Origin: Okamejei kenojei
Taxonomy: Eukaryota
Direction of reading: 5' to 3'
Assembly: GCA_035221665.1 (NCBI GenBank)
Contig: CM069132.1
Span: 83,080,001 to 83,144,000, forward strand
Length of the DNA stretch: 64,000 nt
Part shown: positions 14,208 to 25,339 of the stretch, piece after piece
How the letters are laid out: each line of letters opens with the position of its first letter
Position numbering within the stretch: position 1 is the first letter of the stretch
The notes under the pieces: model-generated
What the model was told of the DNA's origin: nothing
The model's input: only the letters and a program-made list of their open reading frames with translations
Database searches by the model: none
Made by a program: the position numbers and the translations under genes

Positions 14208-14222
14208 GATTTAATATATAGA
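8520..14222 (-). mobile_element. Head-to-tail array (at least 3 copies) of a non-autonomous Helitron-like element with (CA)n and long GA-rich internal tracts
   Basis: The same core recurs at ~8540-8860, 10440-10963 and 13500-14020. The minus-strand 5' end is A|TCTATATATTAAA at 14222. The 3' hairpin CAGACCC-nnn-GGGTCTG is seen at ~11135-11151 and, degenerate, at ~8997-9012, where it is followed on the minus strand by a CTAG end at 8984. Confidence 0.65.
10964..11131. other. Assembly gap (168 N)
   Basis: Run of N. Confidence 1.
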
Positions 14223-14848
14223 TAGATAGATAGATTTGGACAGATACTTGAATAAGAAAGATTTTAAGACATGCAGGCCAAGTGCTGGCAATTTGGACCA
14301 ACTTAGATTGGGCAAGTTGGTCAGCGTGAACCGGTTGGGCTGAAGGTCCTGTTTCTATTCTGTATGACTATGACTCTCGAGGAATGAAATACCGAACAGG
14401 ACAATGCTTTACATGTCAGGCAACAGATAATGTTCCAAACTGCCAATCAAACCACAAGAAGAGGCCCTCCAAAGTTGGCTTCTTCCACTGTAGTTATATT
14501 TTTACATTTTCAATTTACATTAAATTGCCATTATTAATAGGAATGGAATTTCCAACCCTTGCAAGGAAGTATGTTACTAATTAATTTGCTGAAGGCAGGA
14601 AGTTATTCATGGAACTGCCCAGCTCTGCTATTAGGGTCAATAACAAAGAAATTGCATGTAATTACAGTAATTTTGAATTGATTGAATAATGTTCTATCAA
14701 TCAAGCCGGCGAACAACAATACTTTGAGTAAATAAAACTGATATTCTGCATTTCATTAATGTGTAACTAACCTCCACTCACTGCAACCTCCTGCAATTAT
14801 TTATTACATTTTTATCTGAGGGAATTGTTACATTTTGGTTTACTTTAG

Positions 14849-15505
14849 TGTAGGTTGGTTATTGCATGTGAACCAATCAGAGTAATGTACTACCACTAAC
14901 TCCACCCTATTGAACGCTTCATATTAACACTCACTTCCTATATTACGTAGTCACACTAGTGGTAGAGTGAAACTAACATGTATTGTACTGTGCCAATTTG
15001 ACTGATGATTAAAGCTGACTTAAACACCTTACAGTGTCCATACACTTGTTTACATGGTGTCAAAAAGCTGGAAACTACCCACTGCATCAATTTATCGGGT
15101 GTTATTTGCATTTTATTGATTTGATCATTTGCTATGGTGGCTCACTCATGCCGAAAGCCAGCCCAACTAATCTTTGATAGACATAGGCAAGCGATGGAGG
15201 CTCTTCGAGATCGACTTCATCAATATCGCCCATCGCAACGACCCTGTCGAGGTCAAGGCATCTCTCTTGCTCAACCTGCTTGGACCAGAGGCCATAATTC
15301 GTGCACCGACCTTCGACTTTGCGCCACCTGTACTAGACGTGAATGGCCAGGTGGCGGTCCCAGCTGAGACGGCGCGCAACCCAATTGTGCTGCTACAAAA
15401 ATTTCATGAGTTATGTGACATATCATCTAACCGCATTCTAGAAAGAGCTAAGTTTTTTTGCACGACACCAGCTGTTTACATTCAGTGCCCGTACACTTGT
15501 TTACA
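14849..15505 (+). mobile_element. Internally deleted Ty3/Gypsy LTR retrotransposon (5' LTR, PBS, gag N-terminus, ~25 bp of 3' LTR)
   Basis: LTR 14849-15054 (TGTAG...TTACA, ATTAAA at 15008), PBS-like TGGTGTCA at 15055, frameshifted gag (WRLFE..LLLNLLGPEA..KFHELC..NRILERAKFF). The LTR end CAGTGYCCRTACACTTGTTTACA repeats at 15483-15505. TTTAG flanks both sides. Confidence 0.85.
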
Positions 15506-15826
15506 TTTAGTTTAGAGAAATAGCATGGAAACAGACTCTTCATCCCACCAAAGATAGATTAAAAAAAAGCTGGAATAACTCAGTAGGATAGGCAGCATCT
15601 CGAGAGAAGGAATGGGTGACGTTTCAGGTTGAGATCTTTCTTGAGACTGTGAACAGACTCTTTATTCTAAACCAGCATCTGCAGTTCCTTCCTACACCTT
15701 CAGTCCACCAAGTCCACACTAACCAACAATAATCGATTCACACTAGTTCAATGTTATCCTACTTCGGCATGCACTCCCTGGACAATAGAGACAGTTTTAC
15801 AAAGGACAATTAACCTACAAACCCAA
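15506..15826 (-). mobile_element. Partial HE1/V-SINE-like tRNA-derived SINE interrupted by a Penelope-end fragment (~15555-15698)
   Basis: (TTTAG)n tail and caattaacctacaaac motif; the nested piece carries gctgga..actcag..ggcagcatct..gggtgacgtttc and gcatctgcagttccttcctacac. Confidence 0.7.
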
Positions 15827-16083
15827 GAAATTTGTTGAAATTTCTATCATGTTCTGCCAGTCTTTAAGTAGACTGTTTACTGAGTAAAATTAATTTATTA
15901 GTTGTGCATTAGCTTGAAAATCTGAGCCCTGATCTCAAAAGCGCTATGGTCATGTTCCTTCATATTTATATGTATTCTTCCACCATTTCTCCTGATATCT
16001 CTTAATTTGGACATAGCACTCCACTTCTTGAACATATGGAATATCTTTGCCTTAAATTTCACTCATGGCTTTATATTCAGCAG

Positions 16084-16417
16084 TTTAGTTTAGTTATGAA
16101 GGATCAAAATAGGGCCTTTGGCCCACCGAGCCCATGCTGAGCCTCAATCACCCACTCACACTAGTTCTATGTTATCCCATTTTCTCATACACTGCATAAA
16201 CACAGGGGGAAATTTACAAAGGTCAATTAACCTAAAAACCCTCACATCTTTGGGATGGGGGAGGAAAGCAGAGCACTCTGAGGAAACTCATATAGTCAGA
16301 GGGAGACTATGCAAAATCCACACAGACACCACACAAGGTCAGGATTGAACCCAGGTCACTGGTGGTGCGAGGCAGGGGCTCTACTATTGCTCTTCTAGCT
16401 GTGTCACTGTGCTGCCC
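16084..16417 (-). mobile_element. HE1/V-SINE-like tRNA-derived SINE
   Basis: tttagtttag tail, ggtcaggattgaacccagg (B-box, antisense) and a cactgtgctgccc 5' end. Confidence 0.75.
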
Positions 16418-16519
16418 ACAAACAAAAATCTTTACAACAGAGTATCGGAAGAATATAAAATTTGCAGAAAGAATAGGATAGAAACATTCAAACCTAAGTC
16501 AGCTGAAACCAGCATAGGT

Positions 16520-16750
16520 TTGTGAAGGGAAGATTTTGCCTGAGGAATCTGCTGGAGATCTTGAGGAAGTTAATAGCAGGACAGACGGAGGGGAGGACTG
16601 TAGATGTTGTTTACCTAGATTCTCAAAAGCCTTCAATAAGTTGTTGCATGTCTGGCTGCGAGGGAAAATGAAAGGCCATGGTATTAAAGGGAAGATAGTA
16701 GCATGGATAGTGGGATGGTTGAATGGCAGAAGGCAAAGCGTTGGTTTGAA
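16520..16750 (+). pseudogene. CR1 LINE reverse transcriptase fragment
   Basis: Frameshifted DVVYLDFSKAFNK...HGIKGKIVAWIVGWLNGRRQSVG, typical of CR1 RT. Confidence 0.85.
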
Positions 16751-16759
16751 AAAGCGAAT

Positions 16760-17367
16760 GTGAGTTGGTTTGAAAATGCAAAAGTGGTTTGGATTGAAAA
16801 TGCAAAAGTGGTGTTGGTTTGATAATACAAAAGTGGTGTTGCCTTGAAAATGCAAAAGTGGTGTTGCCTTGAAAATTCAAAAGTGGTGTTGCCTTTGCTT
16901 TATTGAAAAGTGGTGTTGTCTTTGCCTTATTGAAAAGTGGTGTTGCCTTTGCCTTATTGAAAAGTGGTGTTGCCTTTGCCTTATTGAAAAGTGGTGTTGC
17001 CTTTGCCTTATTGAAAAGTGGTGTTGCCTTTGCCTTATTGAATAGTGTTGCCTTTGCCTTATTGAAAAGTAGTGTTGCCTTTGCCTTATTGAAAAGTGGC
17101 GTTGCCTTTGCCTTATTGAAAAGTGGTTGCCTTTGGCTTTTTGAAAAGTGATTTGCCTTTTCCTTATTGAAAAGTGGTGTTGCCTTTGCCTTATTGAAAA
17201 GTGGTGTTGCCTTTGCCTTATTGAAAAGTGGTGTTGCCTTTGCCTTATTGAAAAGTGGTGTTGCCTTTGCCTTATTGAAAAGTGGTGTTGCCTTTGCCTT
17301 ATTGAAAAGTGGTTTTGCCTTATGGAAAAGTGGTGTTACCTTTGCCTTATTGAAAAGTGGTGTTGCC
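16760..17367 (+). repeat. Minisatellite, 27-bp unit TTATTGAAAAGTGGTGTTGCCTTTGCC, preceded by ~25-bp variant units
   Basis: Direct tandem repeats; they produce the spurious ALLKSGVAF repeat ORFs. Confidence 0.95.
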
Positions 17368-18295
17368 TATATAATTAAAAGTCTAATCTTGACCACTTCC
17401 TGTTTGTGCTCTATATTGATTTTAGAAAAATACACTACCACGTACGGCTGTGATTTTTGGCATTGTTACTCAGAGTCCCCCTCCGTTCATCAGGTGCCGA
17501 GGATTTTTCCCATCGATGAAAAATAAAAGAGTTATTTGTGTTTAAAAATTCTCTCTCCTGTCAATCACGACATGAAGGCCATACCCCTGCCGGTGGGAGG
17601 GGGGCAGGGACTATAAAACCTGGAAGTGTGGGCGTGGCTCAGTCTCTGCAAGATGGGGGAGGGAGAGGTCATGACTCTCTGTCTTTGGTGGTATTCTACC
17701 CTGCTTGAAATGGTATGAAACTGCATTTGAATTTGTTGGCCTTACACCCTGCTTGAAGTGGTATGAAACGGTACTTGAATTTGGCGGCCTTGCACCCTGC
17801 TTGAAGTGGAAGAAAACTGCACGAATTTGGTGACCTTGCACCCTTCTTGAAGTGGTAGGAAACTGCACTTGAATTTGGTGGCCTTGCACCCTGCTTGTAG
17901 TGGTAGAAAACTGCACTTGAATTTGGTGGCCTTGCCACCTGCTTGAAGTGGTAGGAAACTGCACTTTAATTTGGTGGCCTTGCACCCTGCTTGAAATGGA
18001 ATTTCAAGGAATAGCTGTGAGTCAACATGCCAGACCACCAGTCGTGAGTGAGTGAGCTGCCAGCACAACAGGCTTGAGTGACTGAGCCCAGATTTGCCTA
18101 GCTCAAGAATCCATTCATCCCACAATGTCCATACTAGCTCTCTCAAAACCAGTCTCTTCAGCCCTCAACACTCATACTAGCGCTCCAGAAAGCCCCCCCC
18201 GGCCACCAATTTGGAAATGGTGGAGGTGGATTATTGCGTTGGGGGACCAGCCCTCCCGTGTGAAGCTGGGACCCAGCGGGTCCCACTTAGTCTAG
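17366..18295 (+). mobile_element. Non-autonomous Helitron-like element with an internal ~48-bp minisatellite (~17695-18000)
   Basis: 5' (c)CTATATAATTAAAAG; 3' hairpin GGGACCC-agc-GGGTCCC (18268-18284) then CTAG|T at 18292-18296; tandem caccctgcttgaagtggtaggaaactgcacttgaatttggtggccttg units. Confidence 0.7.
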
Positions 18296-19725
18296 TCTAT
18301 CAACTAAAATTGCTACTTTCAGGATGCATTGGAGTTGTATCCCTCGGTACATCAATGCTGTTTAGGGCACTGCCGTTAATTGCATACTTTCCCCCTACAT
18401 TTGCCCTAGCAAAGTGTAACAACTCTTACTTGCTGAGATATAAAATCATCTGCCATTTCTCTGCCCGTATGTGGTACTGATCTATATCCTGGTCTATCCT
18501 GTGACAACCTTCTTCACTGTCTATGACTCCGCCACTTTGTGTCAGCACATTAGTTAATTAATTAATCAAGTCATTATTATGTCATGGTTCCTACTGGAAA
18601 CAGCTTGTTTTAAAATCATAATGTGAAAATCAGAGCACAAACACATTCCTGGCAGGCCCTTTGTCTCGTAATAATGCTGTTAATCAAGAATATTTGAGCC
18701 AAGAGTGTTTAATTGTCACAAGTACTAAACAAATGGAAAAAAAAAGCCCCACAGTCATAGAGTCATAGAGTCATACAGTGAATAAACAGGCTCATCGGCC
18801 CAAATTCCCCATGCCAACCAACATGTCCCATCCACACTAGTCCCACCTGCCTGTGTTTGGCCCATATCCCTCTAAAGATGTCCAATATTAGTTCAAAACA
18901 AAACAAGTGTGCAGAACATTTGATTGTCTTCAGTTTATAGTAACAAGACCTAACTGCTGAGTGCATAGCTGATTTTGTTTCCATGGCCCTCACAAATTAT
19001 TGAGATTTGCATACACACTACGAAAAGCAATATAATTGTATATTGTTGGCTCGTGATTATCAGTACAATACCTGAGTGATTCTCGCCACATGTCAAAACC
19101 TACAGAAATCAGTACTGGCATGATTCCTGCTAGTTAGTTCCTCCCTTGTACTGCCACAGTACTCCTCAAGAGTCAAGGGTGCTTAATTGTCATATGCACT
19201 GATATTGGAACAATAGCATTCTTACTTGAAGTTTCCTACTCCTGAAGAACATTATGGCGAAGCAAAGGAGAACAGCTATCAGGATCTCAACTCCTTCATT
19301 TCTCAACTTGAGTTTTACACCCAAATCATGGTATCACTTCATTGGTTTGCCATCTAGTTTGGAAAAAGATAATTCATACCTGTTTAATAGCTCACAAAAA
19401 TATTAAGCAATGAATGTTCAGTCGACCCTCCAAGAAAATCATTCAGATAATCACTTCAGGATTTATTACTTCGCTCAAGATTAGTCTGTGTTTTCGAAGG
19501 TCACTTTACATATCATCAGATTGAAGGGACATCAATATAATAGATGATGAGGAGGTCCTGTCATCTCTCCCAGTGGATGCACAAAATCCTAGGACACTAT
19601 TTTGAAAGAGAGAGGGGAGTTACACTGGCAAATGGGCGAATACTCATCACTTGCTCAGTACTGATTCATTTTAGCCACCAATTGGCTAAATTGTGCTTAT
19701 TTCTCACTGACAGTTCTGTCAGCTA

Positions 19726-21694
19726 GGTGGCATAGTCGCACAGTGGTATATTGCTGCATTACAGTGCCAGAGACCTGTGTTCGATACTGACTATGGGTGC
19801 TATATGTACATTTGTGACCGCATGGCTGTTCCTCAAAGACGTACAGGTTTGTAGGTTAATTGGCTTGATATCAATGTAAATTGTCCCAAGTGTGTAGGAC
19901 AGTGTTTGTATATGGAGTGATCGCTGGTCGGCATGGACTCAGTGGGCCGAAGGCCTTTTTCCCAACTGTTGTGGCGGGGACTGGCAGGAGTCCAGCTACG
20001 GGCATGAGCTTGGAGTGGTGGACCCGATGTCAGAATATGGTGCATGACACTGTGCCTCAAGCAGGCTGAGCCAAACTTGGGGCTGACAATGTCCCGGAAC
20101 TCAACCAGTACCTGGGCATAGACATGTCCACCGTCACTACAGGATTGCTGACCGGCGCTGTGGGCGCAGTGGAGCGCAAGGAGATCTTCTCAAAAGTTGA
20201 CGCATGGATGAGACATTGGCCCTTCACGTCCATGAGGAGCGACTGCGCCTGCAAGAAATCTGTGCCCCTGCTGGGCCACGTCCGCGATGATGAAAGGCCA
20301 GGTGAAATGGCACGCGCCAAAAATGACAGGAACCGTGCGGATGCCATATATCTGTGGATTGAACTGCCATTCGCAGCAATTAACGGGTGGCCCCTCTTAC
20401 CAGCATGAAGTTTGAGTCCAGATGGGGGCAATAAGCTGACCTCCGCCCCCGTATCCACCAAGAATCTGAGACCCGAGCGCGGGTCCCAGACGTACAGTCG
20501 ATGGATCCTGCCGGCCACCGCAGTGACTATCGGCGGCCGGCGTTGCCGTTTCCTGGAAACGAACATGGCTGGCGGCATTGACAGGCTGCTGATCCCCAGC
20601 GCTGGTGGTAAAAACACTACATTCTTCTCCTTGAATCTCCTGAGTCCTGCTCAGCCAACCACATCTCCTGTGCCACTTCTCTGGTCTGTGGCTCAGCCAT
20701 CCTCCTCTCCTGTGGGCGTGGCCATCTTGTGGGCGTGGTCTGGGTCTCTGGGCCTGCCAGGTCGTGGTCCTGGGTTGCTGGGCCCGCCTGGTCATTGAAT
20801 CAATCCGGTCCAGCGATTCTGCAGAATCCAGCTGCTCCAGATTTCCCAACGCGCCCACCTGCTGCTGGTCAGAGATCCACAGTTCATCAGCATGGGCAGC
20901 TAGCTGGATGGGATCCTCAAAGCTCTCCCCCACGAGCTGCTGACGGTGGTCTTGTGGCAACTGCTGCAGGTAAGTGAAAAAGAGTGGACAGGGCAGGTGA
21001 CCACCCATGAGCATCTCGCTCATGAGGGCCGAGGGCATCCGGTCATCCAGCCCGCCCATGTTAAGGACCTGACAGGCCCGCTGCATTTGGCTCGGCCCGT
21101 AGATCCGCAGCAACAGCTCCTTGAGGCCTGTGTATTTCCCCACGACCGGTGGGTTATCCAGGTAAGGAATGACCCGACCGGCCGTCTGCTGGTCAAGGGC
21201 GCTTACCACTTAGTGATAGCGAGTCTCGTCAGCTGTAACGCCGCGGATGTGAAATTGGGATTCGGCCTGTTGAAACCAAAACCTCGGCTGCGAGGTCCAA
21301 AATGTTGGCAGCTTCAGGGAGACTGCGTTGAGTTTGGCCTCGGCAGCTTGAAGGCAGCAGTGGCAGAATGCATTTTTCTTTTAAAATTCCCCATCCAGGA
21401 TTATACTCTTGGGTGTTGGGGGTCACCAATATGGCGGGGACTGGCAGGAGTCCAGCCAAAAACTAGTCGGACACAGGTTGTGTGCTCTAGACATGTTTTA
21501 CCTTCTGCATACAGCTCCCTATTCCCTAGCTGACACAGGCGTTGCCCGGCCTTAAATAACAACTCAGATAACAACCCAGTGACTCGCGCCTTCCCCACCA
21601 AGATGCTGCCCTCTAGAGCCGATGGTTCGTCGTGACTTGGGTTGCTATCAGGTGCTGCCACACCGTCTCTAAAATCTAAGGTCTAAAGCTAAAT
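19726..21694 (+). mobile_element. HE1/V-SINE-like SINE split by a Gypsy insertion (parts 19726-19969 and 21663-21694)
   Basis: A/B-box-like head, gtacaggtttgtaggttaattggc core; the ctctaaa/ctaaa tail resumes after the LTR. Confidence 0.8.
19970..21662 (-). mobile_element. Internally deleted Ty3/Gypsy element (5' LTR 21430-21662, PBS, gag, aspartic protease, ~27 bp of 3' LTR)
   Basis: PBS TGGTGACCCC (tRNA-Trp-like); gag ..LPTFW..QPRFWFQQAESQF..VSALDQ..; protease RFLVDTGAEVSLLP. TRTGGCGGGGACTGGCAGGAGTCCAGC occurs at both 19970 and 21430. Flanks are CTGT/CCGT (4-bp TSD, one mismatch). Confidence 0.9.
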
Positions 21695-22686
21695 CATCTT
21701 CACAATCCAGTTCATCGGAGATCTTTGTGTCTGCATGTCAAAACTTAGAAGTGAAATACAAGCTACAGGGTCAGATAGCAGCACTTTAAGGTAACCATTT
21801 ATTTTTCAAACCTTTATTCTGCTTATTTAAATCTATTTTGAGTTTGACCTTTATAAAATGTTTTTATCGGAGACATGAAAAAGAATAGTTCAAACATTTC
21901 TCGGCAGAGGTAGAACTTGCAGTACACCACACGAGACCCAGTTGCTTAGCTAATGGCCTGTGCCACTTAGTTGACATTTTAGGTGAGTGCAGGAGGCTCT
22001 GTGCTCGCCTCATGAGCGCCACATGGTCGCCACATGTTCGCTGGTGGTCTTTGGTGAGTCTCCTTCATGGTCACGAGGAGTTCCCACATTCTGGGAACTA
22101 GTCGCGGCCTCAGTATGGTCGCAGCTAATTTTTCAACATGCTGAAAATTTTTCTGCGACCAAAAATTAGTCGCCATGGAGAAAATCGATACTTTTGTAGT
22201 TGTACATGCAGTGATAGTGGGGTCGCCATGGAGTTGTAGGCAGTCGAGGTAGCCGTTGGTAGTTTTAGTTAATCTTGTTGACCGGGCATTTTCATTGGCT
22301 TATTGGGGGAAAAAAAGCACGAGTTTTCAGAACCAAGGAAAACCGACCGGTAATGTTCAATGCCCACCAAACTTCACAGCTGTGTATCTCTGGCTTATTA
22401 AAAGTTGTCTGGCTTCTTAAAAGTGTCTCCACTCCTTCTCCCCCTTTCTCCCCCAACGTTCTCCCCCCTTCTCCCCTCCCCCCCGTCCCCGCTCTTTTAA
22501 AAGATTTACCATACACTGCACTAGCCGTCTTTAATGTTCCTGTTCATCGCGAAGTGTGTCTGTATCACCTTGGCTTTGCACCATGTGAATTTTACTTCGG
22601 AGTCACGTGAGTGACTGTGCTCATTAAAGCACTTGTTGGAGGTCTCTGCGTTTGGTAATTCTTGTTGCAGGAGGGCAAGTCCAAAC

Positions 22687-23788
22687 ATGAAGAAATCAGG
22701 AGCAGCAAGGCGAGCCATGCCAAAAATATCACAAGCCCACGGGAGTGCAGATAGCGGGCGGCCGCCTTGCTCATCCACGGAGTCGCCAGTTGTAAAACCA
22801 GCGACTACAGACTTGGTGTCTGAGGACACTGTGCCTATGCCAGAGGGGCGTAAGGCCATCCGAAAGTCTGTCCGGCCGATAGACTCGGAAGAGTCTGATC
22901 AAGAGGGTATGGGAATCCAGGATGGAGCTCCTTTTGGAGAGGATGCTCCATCAAGAGCGCCGGCCTCTCCAAGAGCCCGTGCCAGCAGCACCTACAGGGC
23001 TGCCTAGTATCTCCCTCCTGGACGAGGAGAGTATACCGGGTCAGAGTGAATCTGACGCCGATTCAGAGGGCTTAGCATTGGAGGCTGCCCTACGGGACGA
23101 GGGGCAAGCACCAGAGGACCCATTCCTGACGGCCAGATTTGCCGTCCCTACCGACTCTAATGAGCCGCTTGGAGAAGAGCTGGCTGCCAGCATAAATTAT
23201 CTGACCTCGCACCAACTTCAGGAGCTGGCCATGGACACAACGGCCAAAAAATATGATAACCCAGAGAACTGTATCCTGCTGAAAGTGCCAGCAGTCAACC
23301 ATGCCATTGGGGCCATATGGGGGTAGGCATCTGAGCGCAGGAGATTAAACTGCAACAGGTGCTGAAGCTGCTGGCATCAGGAATAACGGCTTTTGGTAGG
23401 TCTGTGGATGGATGCCCTGGCTCTCATGTGCGATGTGCACTTTGAGATTAACTTCCTCCGAAAGAGTGCCATCTGCCCCACCATTAACCCCAGGTTTGCT
23501 GCCCTCTGTAAGCCTGGCAACATCCAGCTGCCGAACCTATTATTTGGGGAAGACCTGGCTAAAAGAGTGAAGGAGCTGGACGACAAGGCCAAAACCGTCG
23601 GGCTCATCAAGGCGCCAGTGACCAGCAGAACCCTTCGACGGCAGTATCTCTATAAGCAGTTCGCTGAAACTGGGTCACGGCAAGGACCAAGCCGACCGTT
23701 TAATGTGCGCAGCTGGCGCACTCCAGTAGCAGCACGGGGAAACAAGCCTTTACCACCCAGAACCAGGCAAAGAGCTCTACCGATAACC
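22687..23788 (+). pseudogene. DIRS-A gag-like ORF1 (frameshifted)
   Basis: Pieces in ORFs 22633, 22922 and 23393 (KYDNPENC..LKVPAVNHAIW..LFGEDLAKRVKELDD), homologous to DIRS-D ORF1. Confidence 0.8.
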
Positions 23789-24380
23789 ATGGAGGTAGGT
23801 GGGTCTGGCTCTCGTCGAAACATATTGAGAGAGAATTACCTACCAGTTGCGGGGAGGTTGCACAGGTTTCTGGATGAATGGTATAAAATAGTAAGATTAT
23901 ATGAGAACTTACCAGTTTGAAGTTTGATCTTTATTTTATGAGGAGTTACGTTGAGGGATTACATGAAGACCCCGCCAGCATGCATGCGCAACATTCTTCA
24001 AAGCAGGGATGTGAAATCAAATATAATAAATTTGACTAAAGATAGTAAGATAAGAGAACTAAAATACCAGTTGACCTTTGTAATAGAGGGTTGGGAGCGG
24101 AGGGCACATAATCCCTCAACGTAACTCCTCATGAAATAAAGATCAAACTTCAAACTGGTAAGTTCTCATTTAACCTTACTATTTTACTTCGGAGTCACGT
24201 GTGTGACTACATGAAGATTTCAATGCTCTGTGATTTCATGCCGTGGAACGAGTCCATGCTCACACACTGCCATAATAACCAATGTAGGAAGTATGTTAAC
24301 GTATTCAGACATGAATCGGTTGCTGAAAAACAATGATGTATTTATTTACAAATAATAAATACCTCTAATTCGGGGGAAAA

Positions 24381-25339
24381 TCATAATACAGAACTCAAAA
24401 TCGTGTCTGTAAATGTCTCAGGCCTGGCAACGGGTTTATTATAAAACCATTGGAAGGTTATTTCGTTAGACCATCCCGCCATTTCAAGGATGTGGTCCAT
24501 GGGAACTTCCAACATTCTTGTTGCTGATGTAGCTGCAGCCCTGGTGGAATGAGATTTAAAAACATCAGTGTCCACCCCTGCTGCACCTAGTATCTGCCTA
24601 AGCCATCCTGAGATGGTCTGCATGGTCACTCTTTTATGAGAACGTTTATGACTTATTAATAAAGCCATTTCCGTGCCCCTGAGACTTTTGGTGACCTCCA
24701 GGTAATATAAAAGGTGGGTCACTATACATAGACTAAGGTCTATGGGGTAAGCCAGGAACTCCAATTTGAGGCCAGACGATCCAGGCCTGTTCTGTTTAAT
24801 TGACTCAAATATATAGAAAGTTATCTTATTATTGGATGTTACCATGGCGTCCAGTCTTAGTTTGTGCAGAGACTGGACCCGCTGTGCCATTACGAGTGCC
24901 ATTAGCATCACCATTTTATATGTCAGTTTTGTTAGTGAGGGACGTAGGTGGTGCCCAATCCCTGAGTAGGGTTAACACAATACCAATATTCCAGGTCTGG
25001 GAATACCTAGGCCTGGGGGGATTAGAGTTAAAAATACCCTTCATAAGTTACTAGAGGGTGAGATCCGACCCCGTGGTGCCCTAAACCCTGTCCCAGGTAT
25101 GAAGATAGGGCACTCCTGGCACAGTTGATGGCACTGTAGCGCAAGCCTTCATCAAAGTGTAGGCTTGCCAAGAATTCCAGCACATTCGTAATAGTAGCTG
25201 TATAGTAAGTGGTGTTTGTCCTGGTACAGAAAACCTCCCATTTTCTGATAAATAGAGATACTGTTTCTCAGCATGCTGCCGTGATGATGTTCATGGTTCG
25301 GTCCGACAGTCCAAATTCCAGGAGTGGTCTTTTTAAATC
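24381..25339 (-). pseudogene. DIRS-B tyrosine recombinase
   Basis: ALVMAQRVQSL (catalytic R), KSHSTRAA (HxxR), AGWS..TFQWFY (catalytic Y); N-terminal part disrupted. Confidence 0.92.

Noticed and set aside
16903-17985. Repeat-protein ORFs (ALLKSGVAF, CLIEKWCCL, QGHQIQVQF) and a CRISPR-like appearance
   Set aside because: Plain minisatellites with no unique spacers; eukaryotic context and no cas genes.
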